The position numbers and the translations under genes are program-made. DNA of 32,000 nt from Acaryochloris marina S15 (GTDB lineage: Bacteria; Cyanobacteriota; Cyanobacteriia; Thermosynechococcales; Thermosynechococcaceae), in NCBI RefSeq assembly GCF_018336915.1, contig NZ_CP064923.1, forward strand, positions 1,470,001 to 1,502,000, written 5' to 3'. Below, piece by piece: positions 9,189 through 19,839 of this stretch (positions are counted from its first letter, which is position 1; each line of letters begins with the position of its first letter). Below the pieces are notes generated by a model, which ran no database searches, was not told the origin of the DNA, and saw nothing but the letters and a program-made list of their open reading frames with translations.

Positions 9189-10547
9189 ATGCCAATATTG
9201 CCCCGTCAAACTCTCATCACGATTATGTTTATTCTTCGGCTCCAGGTTGCGCTTCTATCTACAGCACTCTCAATAGCAGCCGTCACAACCGCTTTCTCCC
9301 CCCCTAAGACCTGGGCAGCCCCAAAGTCCGATTCCTCCAAAGCCATCATTGACGAGGTTTGGCAAGTTATCAACGGTGATTATTTAGATACAACCTTCAA
9401 TGATACAAATTGGCTTGCTGTTCGCAGCCAATACTTAAACCGCACCTATACGTCCAAAGAAGAAGTCTATGACGCAGTCCGCGAAATGCTGGACAAACTT
9501 GAGGATCCCTATACTCGCTTTTTGGACCCAAAGCAGTTTAAGAACATGCAAATTGATACGTCTGGTGAGCTGACTGGAGTGGGTGTACAAATCACCCAGG
9601 ATGAAAAGACAAAAGACATCACCGTTATTGCTCCGATTGAAGGAAGTCCCGCATCCCAAGCAGGACTCTTAAACAAAGATGTGATCGTTCAAGTGGATGA
9701 TACGAACATCAGAGGGATGGATTTGAATGAAGCGGTCAGCCTCATTCGAGGTCCCGTTAACTCCAACGTGACTCTCACCGTTTTACGGGGTCAGGAGCAG
9801 TTGAGTTTTAAGATCAAGCGGGCTCGCATTGAAATCCATCCTGTTCGATTTTCCACTCAAACGACCCCAGCAGGAACAGTTGGCTATATCCGCCTCAACC
9901 AATTTAGCAACAACGCCACTGCTGAAATGCGCAAAGCCATTCAAGAATTGGAAAAACAACGGGTGACCGGATTCGTTCTAGACCTGCGCTCAAATCCGGG
10001 TGGATTACTGTATTCCAGTGCTGAAATCGCCCGGATGTGGATGGGGGAAGGGACGATTGTGGCCACTGTGGATCGAAAAGGGGGCGAAGATAAACTCACT
10101 TCTGATAAAAACACCCTAACGGATAGGCCTCTTGTCATTCTGGTGGATGGAGGGTCTGCCAGTGCCAGTGAGATTTTGGCCGGGGCATTGCAAGATCATC
10201 AGCGCGCAATCTTGCTCGGAACTCAGACCTTTGGAAAAGGACTCGTTCAGTCTGTAATGCCTTTGGAGGATGACTCTGCTTTAGCCGTAACCGTTTCTAA
10301 ATATATGACTCCCAATGGTCGAGATATTCATAAAAAAGGCATTGAGCCCGATATCGAAGTCAAACTCACCGACAAACAACGAGGCGACCTTTTTCAAAAC
10401 CCAAGCAAACTAGGCACGGAATCGGATCCTCAATATGCAAAAGCGGTAGCCGAACTCAATAAACAAGTTGAAAAACATCGTTGGGAAAAGGTCACCGTTG
10501 CCACCCAGTATCTGTACTCATACCTAAAATCCTTAGTCATGAATTAA
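9189..10547 (+). CDS. Carboxyl-terminal processing protease (S41 peptidase with PDZ domain)
   Basis: PDZ region GELTGVGVQI..IAPIEGSPASQAGL. S41 blocks VLDLRSNPGGLL, DGGSASASEILAGALQD and TFGKGLVQS (Ser/Lys dyad context). Start is ambiguous: TTG at 9165, ATG at 9189 or ATG at 9225. The signal-like helix begins at the 9225 Met. Confidence 0.9.
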   Translation: MPILPRQTLITIMFILRLQVALLSTALSIAAVTTAFSPPKTWAAPKSDSSKAIIDEVWQVINGDYLDTTFNDTNWLAVRSQYLNRTYTSKEEVYDAVREMLDKLEDPYTRFLDPKQFKNMQIDTSGELTGVGVQITQDEKTKDITVIAPIEGSPASQAGLLNKDVIVQVDDTNIRGMDLNEAVSLIRGPVNSNVTLTVLRGQEQLSFKIKRARIEIHPVRFSTQTTPAGTVGYIRLNQFSNNATAEMRKAIQELEKQRVTGFVLDLRSNPGGLLYSSAEIARMWMGEGTIVATVDRKGGEDKLTSDKNTLTDRPLVILVDGGSASASEILAGALQDHQRAILLGTQTFGKGLVQSVMPLEDDSALAVTVSKYMTPNGRDIHKKGIEPDIEVKLTDKQRGDLFQNPSKLGTESDPQYAKAVAELNKQVEKHRWEKVTVATQYLYSYLKSLVMN

Positions 10548-10794
10548 CAACGTTGCGATCGCACATTCGGAATCGAGCGATACCCTTTTGATCGCGGGAA
10601 AAGGCCATGAAGATTACCCAATTCTAGGAGTAAATTCGTTTCGACGATCGCGACGAAGCCTAGCCCTATCTCAACGCGATGGTTAACCTCTGACTTAGCG
10701 CCGTGCTCTAGGGTATCAAGAGGAAATTAATGCGGGTCTCCACCACAGGCTCTTGCAGGTTAAACTAGGCCGATTTCTACTGCCCTGTCCCCGA

Positions 10795-11574
10795 CTAGTG
10801 ACGGATCAGCACAAAGATAGCAACCAAAAAGACAAAGTAGCCAAATCCTGTTTGTAGATCCTCATCATTGATAAAGCGGGTTAGATACGATCCCACCAGC
10901 GTGCCCAGACTCGCAGCCACCGTCAGAGACCCAACCAATGCCCAATCCACTGTGACTTGATGGATATACCCCAAAAAACCAGTCCCTGACTTGGCCGCGA
11001 TAATGACTAGAGAGGTGCCAATCGCCTCTTTCATCGGAATCCCGCCGAACAGCACCAGAGCCGGGATGATTAAGAATCCTCCCCCCACTCCGACAAATCC
11101 GGTCAGAACGCCAACCCCTAGGCCCTCTAATGGAATAATCCACCCATAATGCTGGATGGATGATGCACCCTGCTCCTCGATTATGAGGGCAGCATCGACA
11201 ATTTCTGTCTTGCTTTTTTGAATCATTAAAACACTGGCAATCACCATGACCACGCCAAAACAGATTAGCTGGATGGTCTCTGTGATCGAGGGCAGTGCCG
11301 TTAGACGTGCACCCAGATAGGCCCCCACCATTGCTGCTGGCGTAAAGACAAGAGCCATTTTGAGATTGACATTTCCCTGTAACCCATGGGGAATCGCACC
11401 CACCAGGCTCACTGTTCCCACAATGACGAGACTCATTGCGATCGCAACCTTAGCTCCCACTCCCATCACATAAACCAAAATAGGAACCGCCAAGATGGAA
11501 CCGCCCCCACCAATCAGGCCCAAACTAAGACCAATACAAACGGCCAATACATGACCTATAACAGTGGTAAACAT
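10795..11574 (-). CDS. Sulfite exporter TauE/SafE family permease
   Basis: 259 aa, highly hydrophobic, with two internally repeated halves containing GGGGSILAVPIL / GVGGGFLIIPAL motifs. Confidence 0.85.
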   Translation of the reverse strand: MFTTVIGHVLAVCIGLSLGLIGGGGSILAVPILVYVMGVGAKVAIAMSLVIVGTVSLVGAIPHGLQGNVNLKMALVFTPAAMVGAYLGARLTALPSITETIQLICFGVVMVIASVLMIQKSKTEIVDAALIIEEQGASSIQHYGWIIPLEGLGVGVLTGFVGVGGGFLIIPALVLFGGIPMKEAIGTSLVIIAAKSGTGFLGYIHQVTVDWALVGSLTVAASLGTLVGSYLTRFINDEDLQTGFGYFVFLVAIFVLIRH

Positions 11575-11738
11575 ATCTGCCTAATTCGCTACTGGAAGCA
11601 CGCCACAGTCCTCATTTACAGGCACTGTCTCCATCAATCATCTCGGCTTTGAGAAGATCTCGGAGATAGGTGGCCTATCGTTGTCACCAGATGTAATTGA
11701 ATGGCTAAAGCAACAGATCCCAGATGATGTTCAAGCCT

Positions 11739-14700
11739 TTAAACTTTAACCCCTTCTAGCTCTTCGTCCGTTAGCTCATACAACGCACGGAGTTGATCTA
11801 GAGTATCCTGATCGGGGCTCCAAAAGCCGCGACCGTGAGCTTCTAGCATTCTGCCCACAATATTACGGAAGGCTTCAGGATTAGATTGGCGTAGTTTTTC
11901 AGCCATTTCTGGATCTAGGGCATAGGTCTCTGCAGCCTGGTCATAAACCCAACCTTCTTGGAAATCAGCCGTACCGCCCCAACCAATCAGGGCCGTCATT
12001 CGCTGGGAAATTTCATAGGCTCCGCCAGATCCTTGATCCGCCATCGCATCCGCCCATTTGGGATTAAGCAGCTTAGTTCGGTACTCCATCCGCAACAGCG
12101 AATCTAAATCCCGGGGAGTCGTGTCTTTAGAAAAACTTTCAACAAAGTTGGCTTTAACCTTACTGCCCCGCTGTTTTTCAGCCGCCAATTTCAGGCCACC
12201 TGTGTTGGCATAGTATTCCTGAATATCCGTCAGACCATATTCCACCGAGTCAATTTCTTGGACGATTTGCTCTGTACTTTTAAGCAGGGTTTGCAGGACT
12301 TCAGGACGGGCTTGGCCTTTATCATTTCGGCCATAGCTAAAGGCATTGCGATCGCTCCAGGTTTGCCCTAACTCATCGGAAGACTCCCAGTTGGAATCTG
12401 TGACTCGGTCGTTGACCAAGGAACCAAAATCTCCGGCAGGGTTAGAGAAGAGGCGAGCCGAGACATTCTCGACCCCCTGCTCTTTCAGGGCTAGGGCATG
12501 TTTGCGAATAAAGTTTTGCTCTGGGGGTTCGTCTGCTTCAGCCGCGCGTAAGAACAGGTCATCCAACAGCTCAATGATATTGACAAAGCTATCGCGGAAG
12601 ATACCGGATAGATTTGCTAAGACATCCACGCGGGGATGGTCTAGCTGATCTAAGGGAGTGAGACCATAGCGAACAATCCGCCCTGTCCCTTCTTTGATGG
12701 GTTCTGCCCCGACGAGTTCCAAAAGAATGCCCAAGGATTCCCCTCGGGTCTTAATGGCATCTAATCCCCACAGCATCACCGCTACGGTTTCTGGGTAGGT
12801 GCCTTTGTCTTCTAGGTTTTGCTCCAATATCTTGCGGGCAATCTCCCGACCTCGCTCATAGGCAGCTGGAGAAGGCATCCGGTAGGGATCGAGGGCATGG
12901 ATATTCCGGCCTGTAGGTAAAACACCAGGGCCATCCCGGAGTAGGTCACCGCCAGGGGCCGGGGGCACATATTCTCCGTTTAACCCCCGCAGAAGGTTGG
13001 TGAGTTCATCGCTAGTTTGAGCCAGTAGGCTACGGATTTGTAGCGCTTCTTCTAGCTTGGGAGTGCTGCCATTGAGTTCAAACCGTTGGCGGATCTGATC
13101 GGATGCTTCGCCCGTAGCAACGGCTGCGATCGCAGCTTCAGGCAACTCCTCCCCAAAGTAAGCCTCAAGGTAGCTCTCTAGCTTTTCAGCATCGGGGGAT
13201 TCGCCCAATACATGCAGCCCCGAAGAGAATAACCGCGTTTCTAGCACTTGCAGATATTCGTATAGCTCCACTAAATAGTGGTTAAAGGCCTCGGCACTAA
13301 ACATGCGAGCATTTTCAGGGGTGAATTCAATGCCTCCCCGTTTGGCTTCCTGGAACGGGCAGTCTGCATCAATGCCCGCATCAATAATTTTTTTACAGAT
13401 GGCTTCCCGTAACACCGCATTTTTCTCAGGGTCTTCGCGATATTCCTGAATCAGATCTCGTAAGGCGGCTAGCTCTTTATACAGTTCCGCTCGACCATAG
13501 GGGGGGACGTTATGGGAGATCAAAACCCCATATCCTCGACGCTTGGCCAAGATCGACTCAGAGGGATTGTTGGCAGCGTAGATATAGAGGTTAGGAATAT
13601 TCCCCAGCAGCACATCCGGCCAGGAATAGCCGGTATTCCCCAGGGGACTTCCCGGTAGCCATTCCACGGTGCCATGCATCCCAAAGTGGATTACCCCATC
13701 GGCCTGGAAGCCATTTTGTAGCCACTTATAAAAGGCTGCATATTGAGGATGGGGCGTCAGATCCCGCTCAAACATCAGACGCATGGGGTCGCCGGATAAG
13801 CCTAAGGGGGGCTGGACGCCAATCCAGACATTCCCCATTTGGATGCCGCCGACGCTGAATTCTTCACCATTGGTTTTAATCCCGGTGCCCGTCAGAGAGT
13901 TCCATTGCTTTTCAATGCGGTGGGTGAGCAAATACCCCAACCACCGTTCGAGCTGACGAACATTGACAGAGGTCGATCCATCATGGCCATTCATCTGGGC
14001 CGGATCGCCTAAGCCATTATCTGCTTCTCGCACCCAGTTGATAATTTCTTCACCATCCTCTGGCAGATCCCCCACGTTGTAGCCCTGGGCTTTGAGGGAC
14101 CTAAGGAGACTCAGCAAAGATTTAGGAACATTTAAAAGGGCTGCGGTTCCCGTTGCCCCATACCCCGGTGGAAATCCATAGAGCAGAACAGCCAGCTTTC
14201 GCTCGGCCATAGGCTTCTGGCGCAGGGAAATCCACTGCTTTAGCCGTCCGGTCAATCGATCCACCCGTTCTGGCACGATGTAAATGTCATTGCCGACTAG
14301 CCCGCCGAGGGGAATCGTATCAATGGCCCCATCCAGTTCGGGCAGGGCATAAAGAACCACACTTTGCAGACCACCAATCCCCTGACGGGTCCAAGAATAA
14401 ATATCCTGAATCAGCAGAGGAGCGGCTACAAGGTAAGGCACGTTCTTGGCGCTGAGAATCTGCTTGGCTACCGCTACTTGCCGTCCCGCTTCCATGGAGC
14501 CTGCAGGGCCGCCCACAAGAGGGAAGCCAATCGTCGAGACAATGGCATCTACTTCAGCCGCCTTCTCAGATAAGGATAAGATCTCCTTAGTGCCCTGCTG
14601 GCGTTGCGCCTGTTCATGGCGGGTGGTCATCAGATCTCGCACGGCCACATGGCCTTCCACCCCGTTAATGAAAATTGGCAAGGGAATTAGTCCCGCTTCC

Positions 14701-15524
14701 TCAAACTTGCGAATCATTTGAGGGATATAGGGTTGTTTGGTAATCACATGCTTGCGATACAGCAGAATTCCCACCACTGGGGGTTGGTCAAAATGGATGT
14801 GGCGGGTTGCTGACGTCGCCCCGGCCTTCCAGAGGAAGGGCAATCGATCGATGCGATACCAGTCTAGATAATCCTGAGGGGAATCAAAAAAGCCTTCATA
14901 GTCTGGATGGAGCAGGCCAATATTGGGGGTTTCGATGGGAGGGGGAATTTCAGCGTTGAGGGGTAAGTTCAGATATTTTTCGGCCAAGGTCCAACACATG
15001 GCGGCTACATTCTCAGGCCCCCCGGCATTCCAATAGCCGTAGATAATCAGCCAGTTACGGAGATCCTGAACCTTTTTGCCAGGGACATACTTGAGCAGCT
15101 TAGGTCCAACTTTGAGAAAGCTGATATACCCGGCCAGCTTGTCTTCTTCTTTGCCACTGCCAAACTTATCCAGAATAAATTTGACGGGCTTGGGCATGCC
15201 CTTGGGTTTCTCGCCAATCACAAACTTGCCTAACTGGGTCAGGCTCATCAGTTCCAATGCCGATTCAAATACCAAGCGAATGGGAATATCCTGCACCCGC
15301 TCCTGCAGCCACAGGACCTGGTCGTAATCGAAAACTAAGCTGCTAAAGAAGACATCCGCCCCTTGTAAGGCAGCGGTGACAGCATCTGGGTCAGCGTTAA
15401 TATCGCGATCGCTAAAGATCCGCACTTCCAAACCCGGACAGCGGGCTTGTGCCAGCTCGGCAGCTCTGATATACAAATCGATATTAAAGGACTCAAATCC
15501 CGCAATCAGAACTATCCGTGCCAT
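11739..15524 (-). CDS. bchH: Magnesium chelatase subunit H family protein (CobN/ChlH superfamily; ChlH/BchH-type paralogue)
   Basis: 1261 aa. Central block HFGMHGTVEWLPG...NLYIYAANNPSESILAKRRGYGVLISHNVPP matches the ChlH/BchH signature as I recall it (YAANNPSE..AKRR) rather than the CobN type (VNDPGEG). No chlI, chlD or gun4 nearby. Confidence 0.8.
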   Translation of the reverse strand: MARIVLIAGFESFNIDLYIRAAELAQARCPGLEVRIFSDRDINADPDAVTAALQGADVFFSSLVFDYDQVLWLQERVQDIPIRLVFESALELMSLTQLGKFVIGEKPKGMPKPVKFILDKFGSGKEEDKLAGYISFLKVGPKLLKYVPGKKVQDLRNWLIIYGYWNAGGPENVAAMCWTLAEKYLNLPLNAEIPPPIETPNIGLLHPDYEGFFDSPQDYLDWYRIDRLPFLWKAGATSATRHIHFDQPPVVGILLYRKHVITKQPYIPQMIRKFEEAGLIPLPIFINGVEGHVAVRDLMTTRHEQAQRQQGTKEILSLSEKAAEVDAIVSTIGFPLVGGPAGSMEAGRQVAVAKQILSAKNVPYLVAAPLLIQDIYSWTRQGIGGLQSVVLYALPELDGAIDTIPLGGLVGNDIYIVPERVDRLTGRLKQWISLRQKPMAERKLAVLLYGFPPGYGATGTAALLNVPKSLLSLLRSLKAQGYNVGDLPEDGEEIINWVREADNGLGDPAQMNGHDGSTSVNVRQLERWLGYLLTHRIEKQWNSLTGTGIKTNGEEFSVGGIQMGNVWIGVQPPLGLSGDPMRLMFERDLTPHPQYAAFYKWLQNGFQADGVIHFGMHGTVEWLPGSPLGNTGYSWPDVLLGNIPNLYIYAANNPSESILAKRRGYGVLISHNVPPYGRAELYKELAALRDLIQEYREDPEKNAVLREAICKKIIDAGIDADCPFQEAKRGGIEFTPENARMFSAEAFNHYLVELYEYLQVLETRLFSSGLHVLGESPDAEKLESYLEAYFGEELPEAAIAAVATGEASDQIRQRFELNGSTPKLEEALQIRSLLAQTSDELTNLLRGLNGEYVPPAPGGDLLRDGPGVLPTGRNIHALDPYRMPSPAAYERGREIARKILEQNLEDKGTYPETVAVMLWGLDAIKTRGESLGILLELVGAEPIKEGTGRIVRYGLTPLDQLDHPRVDVLANLSGIFRDSFVNIIELLDDLFLRAAEADEPPEQNFIRKHALALKEQGVENVSARLFSNPAGDFGSLVNDRVTDSNWESSDELGQTWSDRNAFSYGRNDKGQARPEVLQTLLKSTEQIVQEIDSVEYGLTDIQEYYANTGGLKLAAEKQRGSKVKANFVESFSKDTTPRDLDSLLRMEYRTKLLNPKWADAMADQGSGGAYEISQRMTALIGWGGTADFQEGWVYDQAAETYALDPEMAEKLRQSNPEAFRNIVGRMLEAHGRGFWSPDQDTLDQLRALYELTDEELEGVKV

Positions 15525-15689
15525 CTGTGCAGCCTAAAATCGGTTGACGTCTCTTCCTAAATCTTAATGATCTTTCAGGGGTTTTAGCAGAAGAGTTTCG
15601 GACAGTTTCCCTGAACGACAACCTTGCCCCATCGCAGGGCGTTGGCAAAATAATTTATTTCGTGATGGATTAAGGCATAAAACCGAGCC

Positions 15690-16154
15690 TTAGAATAGCA
15701 ACCCCGCTGGACCGAGCAGGATAGCAATACCCACGCCTAAGATCGAGCCCACAATCACTTGTACAGGCGTATGGCCCAGAAGTTCCTTGAGACGGTCTTC
15801 ATTAAATTCGGGATGCTCTTGAAACATTTCATCCACAATCTGATTGAGGACCTTGGCCTGCTTGCCTGCTGCCTGGCGCACGCCGGCTGCATCATACATG
15901 ACGATGATGGCAAAAACCGTTGCGATCGCAAATTCCGTACTATCCCATCCATGGACTTGCCCCACACAGGTGGCCAAGGTCGTCACCGACGCTGAATGGG
16001 AACTGGGCATGCCTCCTGTTTCTACCAGTACCCGGAAATTGATTTTGCCGTTTTGAGCGAGATCAATAATGATCTTGAGGCTTTGGGCCAGCAAACTTGC
16101 TGCCAAGGAAACCAGCAAAACCTGGTTGTTGATAATATTGCCAAAATCCTGCAT
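15690..16154 (-). CDS. Divergent PAP2 family protein (DUF212, acid phosphatase/vanadium haloperoxidase-related)
   Basis: 154 aa. GGMPSSHSASVTTLA and MYDAAGVRQAAGKQA blocks plus a membrane-protein profile. Confidence 0.85.
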   Translation of the reverse strand: MQDFGNIINNQVLLVSLAASLLAQSLKIIIDLAQNGKINFRVLVETGGMPSSHSASVTTLATCVGQVHGWDSTEFAIATVFAIIVMYDAAGVRQAAGKQAKVLNQIVDEMFQEHPEFNEDRLKELLGHTPVQVIVGSILGVGIAILLGPAGLLF

Positions 16155-16196
16155 ATTTATCGTCGAGACTTAGACAAGGAGAGCATTTTACAGAAT

Positions 16197-17147
16197 CTAG
16201 GATTGACGAGAAGTAATAAAATCAGCCAGAGCCTGTAATGGAGCCGATTGATCACCATAAACGGCTAGCTCTGCTTTCGCTTCTTCAATCAGATGTTGGG
16301 CTTGTCGCTTTGACTCTGGAATGCCCCAGAGACTGGGGTAAGTCGCTTTCTGGGCTTCTACATCTTTGCCTGCCGTTTTTCCTAGCTTTTCACTGGTTGC
16401 CGTCACATCCAATACATCGTCAATAATTTGGAATGCAAGACCGATATTGCGGGCATATTTGGAGCATCGATCCAAGAGTTCTTGATCCGCACCTGCCAGT
16501 TCTGCTCCCGATAAAACCGACGCTTCTAGCAATGCCCCGGTTTTATGGGCATGGATAAAGTTCAAAGTCGAGAGGGTGACATCTTCCGCTCCCTCGGACT
16601 CTAAATCAACGACTTGGCCCCCCACTAAACCCGTAGCAGCCACCGCATGTCCCAGACGGGCAACGACCTTCAAAACCTGTTCTGGCGGAACCTGCTGGGT
16701 CTGAATCGCTACATGCTCATAGGCATAGGCCAACAACCCATCGCCTGCCAGAATGGCGATATCTTCGCCATATTTCTTGTGGTTGGTGGGCTTGCCCCGA
16801 CGAAAGTCATCGTTATCCATGGCGGGTAGATCGTCATGAATCAGTGACATCGTATGGATCATTTCTAGGGCACAAGCTGTGGGCATTGCCATCTCAATGG
16901 TGCCACCAGCCAGTTCACAAGCCGCCAAGCATAAAATAGGTCGGAGACGCTTTCCTCCCGCCATTAAGGAGTACCGCATCGCCTCATAAATTTTTTCGGG
17001 GTAGACCACGGGAATAGAGGCATCTAACGCGGCCTCCACCAGTTCTCGCCGCTGAGAGAGATAGTCTACAAGGTTGAAATTGGAGGGGGTTGAACCAGAC
17101 AAATCTTGGGTAGATGAGGTTTTCTGAGGGTTTTCAGCGGATATCAT
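16197..17147 (-). CDS. crtE: Geranylgeranyl diphosphate synthase (polyprenyl synthetase family)
   Basis: 316 aa. First aspartate-rich motif [17 protein letters not shown], second motif [16 protein letters not shown]. Confidence 0.9.
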   Translation of the reverse strand: MISAENPQKTSSTQDLSGSTPSNFNLVDYLSQRRELVEAALDASIPVVYPEKIYEAMRYSLMAGGKRLRPILCLAACELAGGTIEMAMPTACALEMIHTMSLIHDDLPAMDNDDFRRGKPTNHKKYGEDIAILAGDGLLAYAYEHVAIQTQQVPPEQVLKVVARLGHAVAATGLVGGQVVDLESEGAEDVTLSTLNFIHAHKTGALLEASVLSGAELAGADQELLDRCSKYARNIGLAFQIIDDVLDVTATSEKLGKTAGKDVEAQKATYPSLWGIPESKRQAQHLIEEAKAELAVYGDQSAPLQALADFITSRQS

Positions 17148-17260
17148 CCTGGTGATCCTTCGTGATCTTTGACGATGAAATGGTCACTCTAAGTCGGGCA
17201 AAAAAAGCCCTCTAGTTGTTGACAGCATTGATTTAGTGCGATCTCAACCATGAGGCTAGT

Positions 17261-18148
17261 TCAACTATTGTATGATCCTTTGTGCCGTTGCCTATAACTC
17301 CACACCGTATTCTCCAAAAGCATGGATACAGTCATCGGACCCACGCCCCCCGGTACAGGAGTAATCAATGAACTTTGAGGCTGAACTGAGGCAAACTCTA
17401 CATCCCCCACTAATCGGGCTTTACCCTCAACCTCTTGTCGGCTAATCCCCACATCAATTACGACAGCCCCAGGTTTGACCATATCTGCCGTAATCAGTCC
17501 TGGCTTGCCGACAGCCGCCACCAACACGTCAGCAGTGCGGGTAACAGCGGCTAAATCAGGGGTGCGAGAATGGGCCATCGTCACTGTGGCATTGGCTGCC
17601 AACAGCATCAGAGATACAGGTTTGCCCACCAAAATACTGCGGCCAATGACCACCGCATGCTTACCTGACAACTCAACATCATAGGCAGCTAACAATCGCA
17701 TCACCCCTGCGGGGGTACAGCTGCGCAACCCAGACTCACCACGCACCAGTCGTCCTAAACTTAAGGGATGTAAACCATCCACATCTTTATCCGGATCGAT
17801 CTCGTAGAGTAGGGCCGTGGAATCTAAATGGGGGGGCAAGGGCAACTGCACCAGAATGCCATCGACTTGAGGATTAGCATTTAAGTCATGAATCGTTTGC
17901 TTCACTTCATCAAAGGCCACCTCTGTAGGGAAATGATGACCAAAAGAAGCAATCCCTAGCCGTTCGCAGGCCCGCTCTTTATTGCGAACATAGGCTGCAC
18001 TCGCCGGGTTATCTCCCACCATCAGAACAGCTAATCCGGGCGGACGACCTATTTCGGCTTGCAAAATTTGGATTTGGGCGGTCAGCTCCCCTTGAATTTT
18101 TTGGGCTAGTCCCTTGCCATCCAGCAGCTTGGAAGACTCAACAGGCAT
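17261..18148 (-). CDS. folD: Bifunctional methylenetetrahydrofolate dehydrogenase/cyclohydrolase
   Basis: 295 aa. [63 protein letters not shown]. Confidence 0.95.
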   Translation of the reverse strand: MPVESSKLLDGKGLAQKIQGELTAQIQILQAEIGRPPGLAVLMVGDNPASAAYVRNKERACERLGIASFGHHFPTEVAFDEVKQTIHDLNANPQVDGILVQLPLPPHLDSTALLYEIDPDKDVDGLHPLSLGRLVRGESGLRSCTPAGVMRLLAAYDVELSGKHAVVIGRSILVGKPVSLMLLAANATVTMAHSRTPDLAAVTRTADVLVAAVGKPGLITADMVKPGAVVIDVGISRQEVEGKARLVGDVEFASVQPQSSLITPVPGGVGPMTVSMLLENTVWSYRQRHKGSYNS

Positions 18149-18283
18149 CGGTCATGTCCTTCTGATGCGGTTAAAAGTGCTTCTCGATTGTATAGGTTTA
18201 CCTTAAATTTCGAGATAGTCTTAACCTAAGGGTCAATTTTCTATCTCGGTTGACCATTCATACTCAAGAAATTGTCCTTAACT

Positions 18284-18511
18284 ATGTCTGAATCTATTGA
18301 TATTGGCGATCGCATTCGCATTGTCTCCCTCCCACCCTATGTCAAAACCGCTGAGCCGATGCCGATGTTACGGCCTCCAGATGTGATCCATGTGGGTGAA
18401 GAAGGTACAGTCCTCAGTCGAGAACCAGGTGATTACTGGAGTGTGCGCATGGAGAATGGGGCTTATTTACTCAGTAGTCAATATTTAGAAAAAGTAGACT
18501 CCGCCGATTAG
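18284..18511 (+). CDS. sipA: Small SH3-like protein, DUF3148 / SipA (NblS-interacting protein A)-like
   Basis: About 75 aa from the ATG at 18284 (the ORF track uses the TTG at 18272). IGDRIRIVSLPPYVKTAEPMPMLRPPDVIHVGEEGTV matches my memory of the cyanobacterial SipA/DUF3148 family. Confidence 0.65.
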   Translation: MSESIDIGDRIRIVSLPPYVKTAEPMPMLRPPDVIHVGEEGTVLSREPGDYWSVRMENGAYLLSSQYLEKVDSAD

Positions 18512-19839
18512 GAGGGAGCTAGCCACGGTTGCACAGCAGTGTCCGACCCAACCAAGGAAATATGGGATTGCTGTAGGTGCTGACAAGCAGCCTGATAGAC
18601 GGCTTCAACATCTAAACTGGCAATCTGTTTGGGGAAATTCTGATCATAGTGAATACCTAATCCCAAGGCTTCGTACCAGCCCATCAGATGAGCCAATTGA
18701 GCATTACTTTGTTTGCCCAAGACATATTGTCCTAGGAGCTTACTCTTGGCTGTTTCTAGCTCTTCGGTTGCCAGGGGCTGTTGGCTGAGGCGATCAATTT
18801 CAGCTTGGAGTTTCGCCAGTGCGATCGCAGTATTATCCGCAGCCGTCCCCAAATACACGACAAAATGCGATGGCCCTAATCGAGTGGGATAGAATCCCGA
18901 AACTTCATAGGCGAGTCCCTGCTTTTCTCGCAGCTCCACAAACAAACGACTAGACAGACCGCTACAAAGATAGGTATACAGCAGCTTCAGAGCAGCATAG
19001 TCTGGCTCCTGCACTGAAGGGGCGAGATGCCCCAACATGACAATACTCTGCTGGCTCGGTTGCGTCGTTATGGAAATATTTGAGCTAGATCCCATCGAGG
19101 CAGCCATTGCTTCCACTGGCTGTAACCCATCCGGCGGAAGCAATGGCTGCTCAGGGACTGGCCAATCTCCAAATACTTGCTGGCAATATTGCACTGCCTC
19201 AAAAGCCTTCAGATTACCTGAGAGACTAATCACCATATTGTCAGGCCGGAAATAGGTCTGATGATACTGGTGCAGATCTGCAGGTTGAAGCTGAGCAATC
19301 TGGTCAGGGTCTCCTGGCCCTGTTTGAATATAGGGATGGCCTGGGGGAAAAAGGGAGTGTCTGAGTCCCTTCAGGGCTAAGGTGAAGGGCTGCTCTTGCT
19401 GAGCACGAATGGACTGTAGAGCCAGCTTCTTTTCCAACTCTACTTCAGATGCTGGGAAAGACGGATATTGAAGTAACTCAGCCGCCAGGGACAGGATATC
19501 TAAGAAATCCTCAGACACGGTTTTCAGGCTGAGCAAGAAGTAGTCAGGCGCTCGTTCTACCCCTAAACTGGCCCCGACCGATTCCACCTGTTCGGCAATT
19601 TCAGCCGAGGACAATCGGTGCGTCCCTTTGGTGAGGGTGGCCGCCATCAAATAGGCTACTCCAGCCTGCCCCAAGGGTTCACGAGTATTGCCTGCCCCGA
19701 CAAAAATGCGAGCCGAAACAATATCAGCAATGGGGTTCTCTGTGATCAGCACCACCAGCCCATTGGCTAACGCAAACTTCTGGCAGAGTAACCCTGAAGT
19801 GACGGGAACTGAAGTAATGGGAGAGGGAAGAGGCAGCAT
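18508..19839 (-). CDS. M16 family peptidase-like protein, probably the non-catalytic subunit
   Basis: 443 aa with insulinase-like architecture. The HxxEH position reads AYLMAATLTKG (no zinc ligands). The start abuts the stop of the upstream M16 gene. Confidence 0.85.
   Translation of the reverse strand: MLPLPSPITSVPVTSGLLCQKFALANGLVVLITENPIADIVSARIFVGAGNTREPLGQAGVAYLMAATLTKGTHRLSSAEIAEQVESVGASLGVERAPDYFLLSLKTVSEDFLDILSLAAELLQYPSFPASEVELEKKLALQSIRAQQEQPFTLALKGLRHSLFPPGHPYIQTGPGDPDQIAQLQPADLHQYHQTYFRPDNMVISLSGNLKAFEAVQYCQQVFGDWPVPEQPLLPPDGLQPVEAMAASMGSSSNISITTQPSQQSIVMLGHLAPSVQEPDYAALKLLYTYLCSGLSSRLFVELREKQGLAYEVSGFYPTRLGPSHFVVYLGTAADNTAIALAKLQAEIDRLSQQPLATEELETAKSKLLGQYVLGKQSNAQLAHLMGWYEALGLGIHYDQNFPKQIASLDVEAVYQAACQHLQQSHISLVGSDTAVQPWLAPS

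Noticed and set aside
10548-10794. 247-bp convergent intergenic region scanned for tRNA, ncRNA or terminators
   Set aside because: It contains one HIP1 site and some short imperfect palindromes. There is no tRNA-like T-arm, and no convincing GC-rich hairpin followed by a U tract.
12346-15327. Several 69-100 aa plus-strand ORFs antisense to the chelatase H gene
   Set aside because: They lie entirely within a 1261-aa gene with strong family signatures, have low-complexity Ser/Arg/Pro-rich composition, and are typical antisense artefacts.
15525-15689. Looked for a cobalamin riboswitch upstream of the CobN-superfamily gene
   Set aside because: No B12-box-like conserved core is recognisable in the 165-nt leader, and the protein looks ChlH/BchH-type rather than CobN-type.
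17148-17260. GGGC-A7-GCCC element between folD and crtE as a terminator
   Set aside because: The stem is only 4 bp with a 7-nt loop, which is too weak to call.
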